This document shows positions 49,554-61,203 of a stretch of DNA of 64,000 nucleotides, one piece after another. The DNA lies in assembly GCA_965240325.2 (NCBI GenBank), contig OZ251226.1, positions 2,852,001 through 2,916,000 of the forward strand, written 5' to 3'. Both the position numbers and the translations under genes were made by a program. Below the pieces are notes generated by a model. That model did no database searches and had not been told where the DNA came from. It saw only the letters and a list, made by a program, of their open reading frames with translations. The DNA comes from Rebecca billardiae RCC1528. Taxonomy: Eukaryota; Protista; Haptophyta. Numbering within the stretch: the first letter of the stretch is position 1; the number at the start of each line of letters is the position of its first letter.

Positions 49554-50040
49554 GCTGCGAATGGCGTCCAGCAGCTTCGCAGCACAGTCGTGCCGGGCTT
49601 TGTGTCACACCGGAGACGCGCCTCGGTAGGCCGCCACCAACATCCGTCATGATACGACATACATCGCCAGGCCGCAACTCGCACCCAGCGGAACGCACGG
49701 ACCGACGTCGTTCCACGGTCCAGTATGTACTCGGATCAGCATGATCCTGACAATGCTAAACTACTCCGACGTCGAGAATGTCATTCGCTTCACCCTGGCA
49801 CCGCCTGGTGGCTGGTGAGCAGCATGTGCTTGACACTGGTGTGACCCGGGCTTAGGCTGGCAGATGATACGTATGCTGAGCATCGCGGATGAATCGTACC
49901 GCAGGCGCAGCGATGACAGTCAGGATTGTACCCATACTGTATGTATGAGGGTAGTCTCTACTACTTTTTTGTACGTTTGAGGGTCCCGGACCGTCGCGGT
50001 CCTGGACGCTCGCCGCGCCGTGCGGGTGGGGGCCGAGGCC

Positions 50041-51858
50041 ATGCCGGCGTCGGCGGCAGTCGACGCCACCACCCGCGACATACTCGAGGCATCCGCGCGC
50101 GTGGCGGACCGTGCCATCAACGACGAAGCTGTCCTCCGCCTGACCCGCCTGCGGCTCGTCAACAGGGACCGGCGGAAGCACGTGCAATTCTGGACGCTCG
50201 TGGACGCCGAGGGCACGGCGGTGTGCGCGGTGCTGATTAAGGAGACTCTGGCCAAGGCATCGACGCTGGACGAGTACGTGCGCCAGGCGGTGGGGACTGC
50301 CACGGTGGGAGATGTGTTCACCGTCAGCGGCTACCCCACCCGGCGTGACGGCTGGGGAGCGCGGCTGACGGTGACGGCGCTTGAACGCACGGAGGCGTTC
50401 GAAGAGGCCCACCCCGGCTGGGAGTTCCAGCCGGACTTCCCCGCGGTGCGCGGCAATGTGGTCCTGCAGTGCCCGGGATCGCACGCGCAGCGCGTGCTCG
50501 AGCACTGCCGCTCCGGTGCGCTCGCGCCGCCGCTCGCCTGCGAGGCGCGCGGCATCGCGTACGTGCCCGCGCGCAAGGCGGGCTCGCAGGACCGCGGCGT
50601 GGTCGTGTCCTGCCCTCGCCCTGCCGAGCTCGCGGCGGCGTGCGCGGAGGACCCAGTCCTCGCGGGCGTGGGCGTGCGCGCGCTCGTCGTGCCCGAGTGC
50701 ACCACCACCCTCGACGACGCGCTCCAGCGCCTCACCCACGCCTGCAAGGCGGCGTCCCGCGGCGTGCGCGTGGTCGCATTCCCGCGCGTGTTCGTGCGCG
50801 CGGCTGTCGACGCGCTCGAGGCGGCGGGGCTGCACGCCGTGGCGAGGGTGGGCGAGTTCGACATGGTGGCGTGCCTCGCGTGGAGCAATGGGCTCGTGCT
50901 GTGGGGCGTCAGCCCCGCGGACGGCGGCGGCTTCGCCGCGCAGCCCGCGCGCGCCTCCTCGGCCGCCACCTGCCGCGCGTACCACAAGCTGCACGAGCTG
51001 TGCGCGGCCAACGCGGCGCTGCTGCGGCCGCACGCGAGTGTCGGGCCGATGGAGCGCGCGCAAGGCATGGCGGCCGGCGAGGGCGCGGCGGGCGGCACCA
51101 GGCCCCTTGCGGGCATGCACGCGCTCGACGTCGGCGCGGCCCCGGGCGGCTGGAGCTCGTGCCTCGTCGAGCTCGGCTGCGCGCGCGTGTGCGCGGTCGA
51201 CCCGGCCGAGCTCGATCCGACGGTGTGCGCGCTGCCGGCGGTCGAGCACCTGCGCATGCATGCGGAGGTGGCGGCGGAGGTCCTCGACGGGCGGCGGCGC
51301 GGCGCGACGTACCGCGCGTTCGACCTGCTCGCGTGCGACATGAACTGCACGCCGCAGACCGCCGCAGCCACCGTCGCGCAGCTCGCCGCCCACGTGCGGC
51401 CGGGCGGTCGTCTGGTGCTGACGCTCAAGCTCGGCCGGAAGACGGCGGTGGGCGCGCGCGAGGACATCGGCGAGGCGCTGCGCGCGCTCCTGCCGGTGTG
51501 GCGCCAGCTCGACGTCCTGCACCTCTGCGCCAACACGCGGCACGAGCGGACGGTCACCGGCGTGCGCCGCGAGTGCCTGCTGCCGGCGCGGCTCGTCCGC
51601 GCCGTGCTGCCCGCGCTGGACGCGTGCGCACGCGCGCGGGCGGCTGGCGGCGGTTGGCGCACGGCGGCCGCGCGGGCAGCCTTCCTGCTGGCCGCGACGT
51701 CTGCGGCTGGAACGGCCGCAGCGTGCGCTGCTGCGCTCGCAGCCGGGAGCCTGACTCGCGGCGCATCGCCCACGGGCGCCGAGGTGCTCGGCGAGCTGAC
51801 GACGCAGATGCCGTGGGACGAGATTGTCGCCGAGGTGGCAAGCTACACGTACTACTGA
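50041..51858 (+). CDS. FtsJ/RlmM-like SAM-dependent RNA 2'-O-methyltransferase
   Basis: CRAYHKLHE, ALDVGAAPGGWS, VCAVDPAEL, DLLACDMN, LVLTLKL. Confidence 0.88.
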   Translation: MPASAAVDATTRDILEASARVADRAINDEAVLRLTRLRLVNRDRRKHVQFWTLVDAEGTAVCAVLIKETLAKASTLDEYVRQAVGTATVGDVFTVSGYPTRRDGWGARLTVTALERTEAFEEAHPGWEFQPDFPAVRGNVVLQCPGSHAQRVLEHCRSGALAPPLACEARGIAYVPARKAGSQDRGVVVSCPRPAELAAACAEDPVLAGVGVRALVVPECTTTLDDALQRLTHACKAASRGVRVVAFPRVFVRAAVDALEAAGLHAVARVGEFDMVACLAWSNGLVLWGVSPADGGGFAAQPARASSAATCRAYHKLHELCAANAALLRPHASVGPMERAQGMAAGEGAAGGTRPLAGMHALDVGAAPGGWSSCLVELGCARVCAVDPAELDPTVCALPAVEHLRMHAEVAAEVLDGRRRGATYRAFDLLACDMNCTPQTAAATVAQLAAHVRPGGRLVLTLKLGRKTAVGAREDIGEALRALLPVWRQLDVLHLCANTRHERTVTGVRRECLLPARLVRAVLPALDACARARAAGGGWRTAAARAAFLLAATSAAGTAAACAAALAAGSLTRGASPTGAEVLGELTTQMPWDEIVAEVASYTYY

Positions 51859-52388
51859 GCGGTACCAGGAGTCCCATCGTTGCTACAAGTACCGTTGGAA
51901 TCAGGCTTCAACAGCACGCTCGGCTTCTGTCCCCGGCTCCGGCTCCGGAGCCGGAGTCAGAGTGGGCTCCGGAGCGGGAGGCTCTGCTGGACTGGCGCAC
52001 GGGGCGAACAGTGCCTGGGACTGGGAATAACTTAGTTCCCGGGATTTATATATATATAATGATATACTCAGTGCCCGACAGTGAATAGTGATGGAGCCCG
52101 CTGTCGAGCGCATATAATTTTGGCTCAGATAAGTATATATATAAATGAATAGATTAATATATGTAGAGTAGTTATGTCTATCTAGTATCAGTCGTCGGTC
52201 ACTCGGTCAGCCAGTCAGTCAGTATGGCCTAGAATCTAGTGAGTAGGTACCGTGCGAACCGCGCCGGCCGCCGGTGAATCGGGGCCGGGCCGTCAACTCG
52301 GGCGAGCCACCCGCTGTCGGGCTCGGCACCGGAGGTCCCGCGGCCGCCGGGGTGAATGAAGTCAGGGTGAGTGTCAGCCACGGCAGCT

Positions 52389-53435
52389 CTAGCATGTCAG
52401 CACGCGTGCATTGCCTGCCACCTGGCCCGGTGAAAGAATGCTGTGTGGCAGGTGCTTGAGAACGAAGCCCAAAACTGCGCTGTACGCGCGCTCAAAGTGA
52501 CCGTGCACAGCAGCGCGCACATCTGGGCTCACGTCAGTGCACCATGTCTGAAACCAGGTGCCCCGGGTCATGTCCTTGGCTTTTCCGACGGGGTCTGGCT
52601 GCTCTGCAAGGGAGCGCACATCCTTGAGGCCGAGCCACCTCGTCAGCTTCAGCCATGTGCCAACCTGGTCGTGCTCGTTGGCCTCGAGACTGACCACGAT
52701 CAAAGGCCCGGGAATTCCACTCATTTGGCGCGGCAGCCTATCGTAGTTCTTTCTGTGCACCCAGTTCCACCTGCAGCCAAGCGCAACGTCCACGAGCGAG
52801 GGTGGCATTGAAGGCGTATGGTTGGCTGGACAGCCCGCCAGTGTCCGCCACAGCGGACCCAGATTCATGTGGTTTCCGTTGGACGCCCTGAGCATGTGGT
52901 TGCGGGCAGACACCAGCCAGGCAATCGGCTCGCGGATGCACGCGATGGCGCGGATGGAGGGGATCTGCACCAGACTGTCAGGTATCCGAGGCCCAGATAG
53001 AAGCGACGGTTCGCTGATCACCACGCGCCTCGTTGGTCCATTGCCAGGGCCCGTGGCTGTTGTGCACATGCGGCGCACAAACTCGACCGGAGGGCTGGGT
53101 TTCCATAACGGTGCTCCATTCGTCTCCTCCCAGCATTGGTCGTGCTCACCAAGCGCCATGCTCGGGCATTCAAGCTCTGGGTGCATTGCCAAGAGATTGC
53201 GAAGGTATGTGGTGCCGCTTTTGGGCATGCCGACGATGACGACATCAATCTGCACCTCGCGCCATTCCGTCGCGCTCGTGTTGCAGCCGCCGGCGTGAGA
53301 TGTGGCTGACGCAGAGGCAGGCGAGGGTGAATTGAGGACGACGAGCACTATGCTGACCAGGCTAATCGCCGTCGAATCGAGGCGCTTTGCTGCGCGACTC
53401 CGCGTTTCTGCCACCGCATCCGTCGTGATCATCAC
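52389..53435 (-). CDS. Golgi type II sulfotransferase-family protein
   Basis: N-terminal TM anchor (AISLVSIVLVVL); 5'-PSB-like loop IVGMPKSGTTYL..HP; IACIREPIAWLVSA. Confidence 0.8.
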   Translation of the reverse strand: MMITTDAVAETRSRAAKRLDSTAISLVSIVLVVLNSPSPASASATSHAGGCNTSATEWREVQIDVVIVGMPKSGTTYLRNLLAMHPELECPSMALGEHDQCWEETNGAPLWKPSPPVEFVRRMCTTATGPGNGPTRRVVISEPSLLSGPRIPDSLVQIPSIRAIACIREPIAWLVSARNHMLRASNGNHMNLGPLWRTLAGCPANHTPSMPPSLVDVALGCRWNWVHRKNYDRLPRQMSGIPGPLIVVSLEANEHDQVGTWLKLTRWLGLKDVRSLAEQPDPVGKAKDMTRGTWFQTWCTDVSPDVRAAVHGHFERAYSAVLGFVLKHLPHSILSPGQVAGNARVLTC

Positions 53436-53547
53436 GTACGCGGAAGGGGAGGGCCACCTCGCGGTTGAGCCGGCTGTCCAGGCCGAGGCCGAGGGGGCCC
53501 GGTGCGCCTGCGCTGAAGTTGATGAAGAGACGCTCGGTCAACCGTCA

Positions 53548-53597
53548 ACAGTTTACTAAGAATAAGAGACGCACACAGCTCAGCTTGCAGGCGAGAT
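53548..53597 (+). repeat. Dispersed short repeat, copy 3 (truncated)
   Basis: acagtttactaagaataagagacgcacacagctcag..gcaggcgagat. Confidence 0.85.
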
Positions 53598-53738
53598 CAC
53601 AGTAGCTCCGTGGGGATGAGTCAGAGACGCGCGTCAACCTCAAACACGGCCCTTGCTCAAACCGACGTAACAACACCGGAATGAGGACCGTACCATACGG
53701 GAAGCGGTCGCAGATCGCCGTCCAAGACCGGCGTTTTC

Positions 53739-55538
53739 ATGGGCACTCCAACGCCGATCGCGGCGGAGCGCCGCTTGCCGCGGCAGCGGCCCAAGACCTC
53801 TCCAGCGGCCCGCGCCGTAGGCCGGCCGCCGAAGCTAGCGCCGACCGCCTCGCCCCAGAAGCATACGCCGACCGCCTCGCCGCAGCCAGCGCCGCCGCCG
53901 TCGCCAGCCGATGCGCTCGTCGCTGACCTCCGCGTGCTTCTGGAGGAGAAAGAGCGCGAGCTCCAGCTGGCCTCGCAGATTGGGCAGGCTTTGATGCGCA
54001 AGACGGAGCGAGACGAGCTCAGGCACCGCGCTGAGCTCGGGATCATGCAAGAGCAGCTTCGGAGCGCTGCGACCATGCTGTCGCACTCGGAGCCGTGCAC
54101 GCCGTGCTCGCCGCTTGGGCCCAAGCCTCCAGCATCGCAGCTTGCGGACGGTGGTGAGCGAAACGGCCTCTTCGAACGATGCCATGCCGCCGAGGGGCGC
54201 GCCCAGCTTGCGGAGGAGCGCGCCGCCGCGCTGGCCGAAGAGCTGCGCGCCGCGCACGACCAGCTCGACCGCGCGGCCGGGCAGCAAGCCGCCACGCAGG
54301 CCGGCGAGGTGACACCAACGCGCACGCCTGCGGGCGGCGCAGACGTGCCCGCGGTCCTCGAGCCCGAGCGCTGTGTCGCGAACGGGGAGGAGGACAGCTC
54401 CAGCTCGGAGCTTCTGGCCTGCGAGGGCAGCGACGACGGGCTGCCTGCGCCCCCGTGCACGCGCGCTCTGGGCCTGGACGCGAGCCAGCGGGCGGCAGAT
54501 GTGGAGGCGTCGCGCGCTGCCGCAGCGCGCGTGTCCGCCCAGCTGCACCTCCTCGCGGACGCGTCCGGCCAGCTGAAGGCGGAGCGTGATCTGCTGGTGG
54601 ATCGCACCAACGAGCTCAGGCTCGAGCTGACGCAGGCGCACGCGGAGGCGGCCGAGCTGAGGCAGGGCGCGGCGCTGCGCGAGGCGGCCGCGGCCGAGAC
54701 GGCACGACAGCTCGAGCTCGAGCTGAGCGCGGCGCGGAAGGCCCTCGACCAGTCCGAGGCGTCGCTTGCCGACGCGCGCGCGGATGCGTCCGCTCTGCGC
54801 GAGCGGCTGGATGACGCGCTGGCCGCGCTGCATGAAGCACGGCTCGCACTCGCCGCGCGAGACCTCGAGGCTGAGGCGGTTGCCACAGCGCGCTCGAGCT
54901 CGGACACGCCCACAGCGAGCGCAGCCGAGTGCACACCACAGCAGCCGCCGGCGACGCCCACGCCAGAGCAGCCCAGTGCGCGTGTGGAGCGCGCGCTGGG
55001 CCCCGCAGATGCCGAGGGCGACGGCGGCAGGTGCGCAGATGACGCCCAGCGCATCGACAGCGAGCTGGCCTCGGTGCACACGCGTGAGGAAGGGGCCGCG
55101 GCGTTGCAGGCGGCCAACGATGCGCGCGATGTGCCCGAGGCGCAGCCACCGACCGCACATGGAGCACGGCACGAGAGTGACGTGCACGCGGCTGCACCCC
55201 CCCGCGGTGCTCGATTACCCATCTTGGCGCCATCCTCCACCATTGCCCGTGCGAGCAGCCCCTGGAGCTGGTCGTACGCCGCTCGTGCTGCCATGCTTGC
55301 TGCGGCCGGGAACAGCACAAAGCTCCGCGAGGTCTCGAGGCAGCTCCTGGGGCCTCGGGCGAAGGGTCCGCTCATCGAGTTGCGCGCTGCGCGCGATGCC
55401 GATCTGCAGGCAAGTCGCAGCGGTGGTCTCGCGGGCCGGGACGGCGGAGGAACTCTGCCGGGTCCCAGCAAGCAGGGTGATCAGCGGCCGTCGGCGTTGT
55501 TTGGCGGCGTTCTCCAGCGCGGACGAGAATCGTCATAG
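53739..55538 (+). CDS. Long coiled-coil protein with HAP1/BICDR-type CC1-box motif
   Basis: LEEKERELQLASQIGQALM followed by extended heptad-rich segments. Confidence 0.7.
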   Translation: MGTPTPIAAERRLPRQRPKTSPAARAVGRPPKLAPTASPQKHTPTASPQPAPPPSPADALVADLRVLLEEKERELQLASQIGQALMRKTERDELRHRAELGIMQEQLRSAATMLSHSEPCTPCSPLGPKPPASQLADGGERNGLFERCHAAEGRAQLAEERAAALAEELRAAHDQLDRAAGQQAATQAGEVTPTRTPAGGADVPAVLEPERCVANGEEDSSSSELLACEGSDDGLPAPPCTRALGLDASQRAADVEASRAAAARVSAQLHLLADASGQLKAERDLLVDRTNELRLELTQAHAEAAELRQGAALREAAAAETARQLELELSAARKALDQSEASLADARADASALRERLDDALAALHEARLALAARDLEAEAVATARSSSDTPTASAAECTPQQPPATPTPEQPSARVERALGPADAEGDGGRCADDAQRIDSELASVHTREEGAAALQAANDARDVPEAQPPTAHGARHESDVHAAAPPRGARLPILAPSSTIARASSPWSWSYAARAAMLAAAGNSTKLREVSRQLLGPRAKGPLIELRAARDADLQASRSGGLAGRDGGGTLPGPSKQGDQRPSALFGGVLQRGRESS

Positions 55539-55680
55539 TTGTGGTGCCAGGCCTCCGTCCGCCCCTCCGACTCCGAGGGCTGGCAACTGGCAGCAGCAGT
55601 GGCAGCTATAGTCTCCAACGTGACTAGCTACTAGGGGCGGACGTGATATTCATTCGACTCGGGCCTTTTATGATGCATGC

Positions 55681-55682
<2 letters not shown>

Positions 55683-55731
<49 letters not shown>
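55683..55731. repeat. (TA)n microsatellite
   Basis: Direct reading. Confidence 0.95.
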
Positions 55732-55734
<3 letters not shown>

Positions 55735-55759
55735 GATTATTCGATCGACGTGCTCATGA

Positions 55760-56068
55760 CTCTGAGTGATCTCTGAAGATTAGATGATGCCATGATGGCA
55801 ATATTAATAATTCCTCTGAGTGATCTCTGAAGATTAGATGATGGCAATATTAATAATTCGCGATCATCTGACACTGCTGATGAATGCCTGACGTCAATAT
55901 GTCATCATGACAGATCATCATCAGACTCAGCGATGACGATACTGATCCGGACTGCCACTAGTGGCCGGACCGTGCATCACTCGCATGGCTACTGTCGTCG
56001 CATCATCTCATGATCAGTACTATGAAACACTGTCGGCGTCGCCATCATCTCATGATCAGTAATGAAAC
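55760..56068. repeat. Two imperfect tandem duplications (~50 bp at 55760-55859; ~39 bp at 55991-56068)
   Basis: ctctgagtgatctctgaagattagatgatg..gcaatattaataattc x2; actgtcg..catcatctcatgatcagta..atgaaac x2. Confidence 0.85.
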
Positions 56069-56804
56069 TTGATATCATATCAGATCATCACAGCAGTGCC
56101 GCAGACCGCCCGGCGCAGATTGAGATGACTGATGAGTGATGAGCCACTGCTGACTACGTCTAAGGCATGCGCTGATGCCAGCCGTGAGCCGAGTCTGAGT
56201 GAATCAAGTGACTCGTCTAAAGTTCTCCGAGTCACAGTGACGACGACAAGTCAGAACGAATAACCGTACTACAGTACGTAATTTCTAAAGACGACGACGT
56301 AGTTGCAGCGCACTATGTACACAGAGTCTGCGCGCACTCATGCCGATAATGGCGGGCGATATCATCATGATGATCAGCATGCACTGTGCGCGCAGTGCAT
56401 CATGCCAGCAGCCAGCAGAGCGACACTCATAATATGCGCCTGCAGACGACGACGTCGGCGACGCGCCGTCGACTACGTCGGACCCCGTCAGACCCGCCGG
56501 ACGATCGACCGCACCATGGGAGGCACGGTCCGCAGCCTAGTATGTATGTGGGGACCGTATACTATACTTGAACTTGTCCAATGCGGGCGCCCTACACGTC
56601 GGCCTCGCGGACGCCCAGTGCCTGCCGAGTGTGCCGACCGCGCAGCGAGCCCCTGGGACGCGGCCCGCCTAATTCGCCAACCGTGAACTACCGCCTCTAT
56701 AAGTATAGACAGTCAACTAAGCTACATCAGAGTGATGATGATGTCCGTCGATCGATCCTCGCGTCATCAAATCGCGGCGGTGCGACGAGGCGCATCATCG
56801 GACA

Positions 56805-58670
56805 TCACTGCGATTCATCCGCGCTCATCCGTGGCCGCTGTAGTAAGGCCTCTGACAGATTCGAATACCGCCGCTGCCAATGCCGCCGCCCGCCGCCCGC
56901 CAATGTTGTAATAAAGTCATTGCTCGTGTGCGGGCGCGGTCCGTCGGCATCCGCGTGGCGGACAGCGCCCAACGCATCGCCCGCGAAGGCCTCAGGCGCC
57001 TCAGCCGGCGGCCCACCGCACAGCAGCACGGGCTCTCCTGACGCGAGCTCAAGATTGCGTCGCAGGTACGCGACCGAGGCAGCGGGCGCGCACGATGAGT
57101 GCGCTCGCACCCAGTCGAAGATCTGCTCGCACCACGCTTGCGCGAGGTGCGTGCAGTCGGCTGGGAGCACCCCGGGGACGGCGGGCGCGAGTGGCTCGCA
57201 GCTTCCGCGACACGAGCTGTCCGCCGGACCGCCAGCCGGACAGCGCTGCCTCAGCACAGCCGTCGGCGGGTCGGCCGAGTACCTGAGTGTGCACGCGGCC
57301 GTGTCCATGGCGAGCTGGGGTGCGACGGGGGCGCGCCACACCATCGGCCACGGCGTCCGCGTCCACACGTCGGTGCAGTACGCGAGCGGCCACAGCCGCT
57401 GCGCCTTTGAGAAGAAGTGGACGGTGAAGGTGTTGACGGCATGCCTCAGCGGGGGCACTGCTGGCGTCCCCGCGGACGAGCGCGCCATGCGGCCCGGCGG
57501 TGGCGCGGGCTGTTGCACGCGCACGCGCAGCGCCTCGAGCGGCCCCATGGGCAGGCCCAGCACCGCGCCGGGGAGGCCGATGAGCAGGGACATGCGCATG
57601 TTCGGGTCGATGAGGAGTGTGCGCCCAGAGCTCCGCTCGATCCGAAAGTCGAGCTGCGCGACGCCGGTGAAGCCGAGGGCGCGCATCAGCGTGCCAAACA
57701 CGCGCGCCGCCTCGGGCAGGTTGGCTGTGCGCGACATCATGCCAGCGCCCGTCTCGCCTGCGTATGCGAGAGGGACGTAGCCGAAGCCAGCGACTACCTC
57801 GCCGTCGACCACCGCGCCCACCCATTCCACCGACACGCCGTCCACCCACGCCTCCAGCAGCAGACTCTCCTTCCCCTTGGCCGCCAGCTGCACAGCCTCG
57901 CGCAGCTGCGCGGCCGTGCGGCAGATGCGCACGCCGTGGCCGCTGCTGTCGAGCGCAGTCTTGGCGACGAGCGGCAGGCGCTGCGCGAGGTGGTCGAGCT
58001 TGGCTGCGCTCACGCGGGCCAAGGACGACGGCTTGAGCGTCGTCTGCCACGCCAACGGTAGCCCGAGCATCGCCGCCACCCGGAGTGTGCGCAGCTTGTC
58101 CGTGTGGCGCAACCAGTGCTTGCGTACGCGCGGAAGCGAGCAGACAAGCGTGGCGAGCGCGCGCTCCTGCGCCTGCGTGCGCGTGCTCAGGGCCTCGAGC
58201 TTGTGGGCTGATCGGATCATCAGCTGCGTCGACGTGCGATAGTCCGCCAGCACGATGGCCGGCGCCCACTCCACGATGGCCGCCTCGAGCGCGCTCGCAA
58301 GACCGTGCTGTGGCGCGTGACGCGCGTAGCGGATGGTGTTAGTCGATGACGAGCTGTTCCACAGGCCGTTCCAACGGTCGTGCGGGCTCGCCTGGTGCTG
58401 TGAGAGTAGTACACCCACCTCCCATCCCGCGCCATGCAGGTCGGTCGCGTACTGCGGCACCAGGCCCGGCCCGTTCGTTGTCGTCGCCACGGCGATCAAG
58501 AGCACGCGCGAGCCCCCGCCCAGCCGCGCGGCGCGGCACGCGTCGGCGCCGCCGTCGGGCGCGGTGCTGCCGGGCGTCGGTGAGGACGAAAAAGCGCGTG
58601 CGCCCGCGCTGGCACCGCCGTGCGCCGCGCCGAGGATGAGGAGGGCCGCGAGCGCAAGGCGGCGACTCAT
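56805..58670 (-). CDS. Secreted ATP-grasp domain protein
   Basis: Signal peptide MSRRLALAALLILGAAHGG; TDKLRT, LPLVAKTALDSSGHGVRIC, LLLEAWVDG, GFTGVAQLDF, LIDPNMR. Confidence 0.82.
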   Translation of the reverse strand: MSRRLALAALLILGAAHGGASAGARAFSSSPTPGSTAPDGGADACRAARLGGGSRVLLIAVATTTNGPGLVPQYATDLHGAGWEVGVLLSQHQASPHDRWNGLWNSSSSTNTIRYARHAPQHGLASALEAAIVEWAPAIVLADYRTSTQLMIRSAHKLEALSTRTQAQERALATLVCSLPRVRKHWLRHTDKLRTLRVAAMLGLPLAWQTTLKPSSLARVSAAKLDHLAQRLPLVAKTALDSSGHGVRICRTAAQLREAVQLAAKGKESLLLEAWVDGVSVEWVGAVVDGEVVAGFGYVPLAYAGETGAGMMSRTANLPEAARVFGTLMRALGFTGVAQLDFRIERSSGRTLLIDPNMRMSLLIGLPGAVLGLPMGPLEALRVRVQQPAPPPGRMARSSAGTPAVPPLRHAVNTFTVHFFSKAQRLWPLAYCTDVWTRTPWPMVWRAPVAPQLAMDTAACTLRYSADPPTAVLRQRCPAGGPADSSCRGSCEPLAPAVPGVLPADCTHLAQAWCEQIFDWVRAHSSCAPAASVAYLRRNLELASGEPVLLCGGPPAEAPEAFAGDALGAVRHADADGPRPHTSNDFITTLAGGGRRHWQRRYSNLSEALLQRPRMSADESQ

Positions 58671-58787
58671 GATGCAATCGGCGTGATGATTCCGATGACG
58701 AACCAACCGCCGCCCTTGGACCGACGTTGATTTGCTGCTGACGGACGGTTCGGTTCAGCCAAGGGGGTTCGTTCGGCGCCTACTGTA

Positions 58788-61203
58788 CCCGTAGGCTCCG
58801 TGGAAATCGTTGGTCGTTTTTCGGGCGGAGGGCGGGAACGAGCATCATGGCGCACCTTGTTCGCACGTGTCGGCCAATGGCTGGGTGGCGGCGGTCACGC
58901 GGCGGCGGGTGAGCTGAGTCCGTCATCGGCTGGCGGCGGCGGGATTGACGACGACGAGTCCGACGTGCTCGATCGTTCCGGGGAGCCCGAGGCGGAGAAC
59001 ACGTACGTGTCCGGCTACATGGATGCGGACGAGCATCATGATGATCCCGTCGCTCCGCCTTGCGGCTCGCATGACGAACATGCGGCGTCGAGGAGGCGAA
59101 CATGGCGCGCGCTCAGGGCGATGCGCCAGATAGTGGCGAGCACATGTTCGTCGACGCTGCCGAGCCTATGGTCGTTGCCGAGGACGCAGAGGAGGACGCC
59201 GATGGTGGCCTGACTCTGCCGGCTGCAGCACTCGCGGCCGAGCAGCACTCGCGGCCGAGCCGGCGCGCGTCCCTGTGTCGCGCGAGGGCGGGACGGTGAA
59301 GCCGGACGCGAAGCAGGAGTGTGTGTACTTCTCTCTCCGCGCGATCGGCACCACGGCGCGTGCGGGAGCGCCGGTGCAGCCAGGCATCGGCTGGTCGAGC
59401 TCCATATCGTCGCCAGCATCAACACACTTCTTCCGGGGCCAGATGAAGATGCTGAGGCCGAGCTGGAGCCGATCAAGGTGGGTGCGTGGGCGGGCAAGTT
59501 CAACACGGCGGGAGTGTCCATCGCACCTGACCCGGAGTGGCATGCGCTCACGGCCGAGGCCGTGGCGACCAAGCCGGACTTCGCATCGGAGGTGGACGGT
59601 CTGCTGGATTGGATGAAGGAGATCATCACGGACACCGGGTTTGATGGCATTCTGTGTGCGCACGGCGGCGACTCGTACGACTTCCGCCTTCTCGCGCTCG
59701 AGCTGGCCGCCGCAGAGCGGCTGCTGCCAGCGAGGGTGCAGATGTGCGCTGACCCCGCGGCGATGGCCCGTCGCTTCAAGGAGGAGGACTGGCAGGAGTG
59801 GACCAAGGGCAAGCCGGTGATGAGCCCGAGATCCATGGTCACGTTCGAGACTCAGAGCCGCTGCGAGGCAGGCGGTGATGTGTCGGATTGGGCCGACGCA
59901 ACGGCGCTTGTCATGCACGGGCCCGCAGTCGCTGCTGCCCTGCACAAGGGCAAGGTCGGTGCGCGCTGGCTTGACGAGCCGAGCCGAGCGCGCAGCCGAC
60001 GGCGGCGGCCGCCGCCGCTGCGGCAGGGCAGCAGGTGGCAGCGCAGCGAGCGCCCACCGGCGTGATGCTCTGGGCGCGGCGGAGCCTGGCAACCTCGGCG
60101 CAGCGCGGGCACGAGCCAGTGACAGGTGCCTGGGTCGAGCTCGACATGGGTGAGATGCAGGACGAGCTGCAGCGCGTCGGCGCTGCGAGTGGCGAGCCCG
60201 TGCAGCCAGCGGCTCTCCGCGCGCACGATCTGAGGCGGCAGGACAAGATTGCAGCGGTGAAGAAGAAGGGGGCGTGACAGCGCGAGGACGGGGGCTGGCA
60301 CGCGAGCGAGGCGGCCCCATGGCCGAGCCGCGAGCTGTGCGCGCACCTAGCCGGACACGGCTTCGTCACGCGCCGGGGCAAGCTCGTGGGCGTGGCGCTG
60401 GACGGAGTCGGCGCTCTCGGCGTTGCGCTGCTCCGCTTCATACTCACGTTGCCCATTCTGTCGACGGTGGTGGCGGCGACGAACTGGCGGGCGACGCAGA
60501 AGGTGGTCGAGGTGCGGCGCGCGCGCGCGCGCGGCGTGCGACCACCGGCGAGGCGAGGCGTTGTTTTGACAACGCCACCTGTCTCCCGCGGCGCGATCGC
60601 GGCTGCGCGCGACTGCTGTCTCATCAGGAGAAGCAGGACGGCAAGACGGTCGTCCGCCCGGGTGATCGACGACCGGTCGCATCAATATCAGTGCAATGCG
60701 TGTCAGTGCGCTGCATCAGAAGTAGTCACCGGCCGCTTCGTGCGCGTGGCAGCCGCCCGTCAATGCGGCATCGTCCGCTGCTCCGCCACCGCCACTGTTA
60801 CACGCTGCGGTGAGTGACGGTCTGATCGCCGACGCATTCATGACAGTGAGCAGCAGCAGCACGCAAACAATATACGGCCAAAACGCGTAAAAAGCCCCAA
60901 AATACAACTGCTCCGACGGAATTCTCCCCTGCTTGCTTTTTCACCGGGAGCACCGCCCGGAAAAAAAAGAATCGGTCCAAAACGATGGCGTCAATGTACC
61001 AGGCGCCCCCCCCTCGACCCGCCCCTCGCGCGACGGCTCTCACTCGCCGCGATGGACGAGTCGAGCGACGCCCGGCTGGGGCTAGGCGGTCCGCTCGGGG
61101 GCACGATGTGCACCGCCGCGCATCTCGCCTCCGGCCCTCCGCAGCGTCCGCGGCGAGGCCGCAAAGTGCCTGGAACCACATGGAACCACAGGGGGCGTAC
61201 GGG
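58788..61203 (+). mobile_element. Decayed DNA transposon candidate encoding frameshifted DEDD/DnaQ exonuclease-like and piggyBac-like transposase fragments
   Basis: Coding segments switch frame near 59090, 59260 and 59370. DnaQ-like HRLVELHIVA, HALTAEAVATKPDF, LCAHGGDSYDFRLL. piggyBac-N-like LLRFILTLPILSTVVAATNWRA. Cys-rich tail YQCNACQC. Imperfect terminal IR gtacccgta / tacgggtac. Confidence 0.5.
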
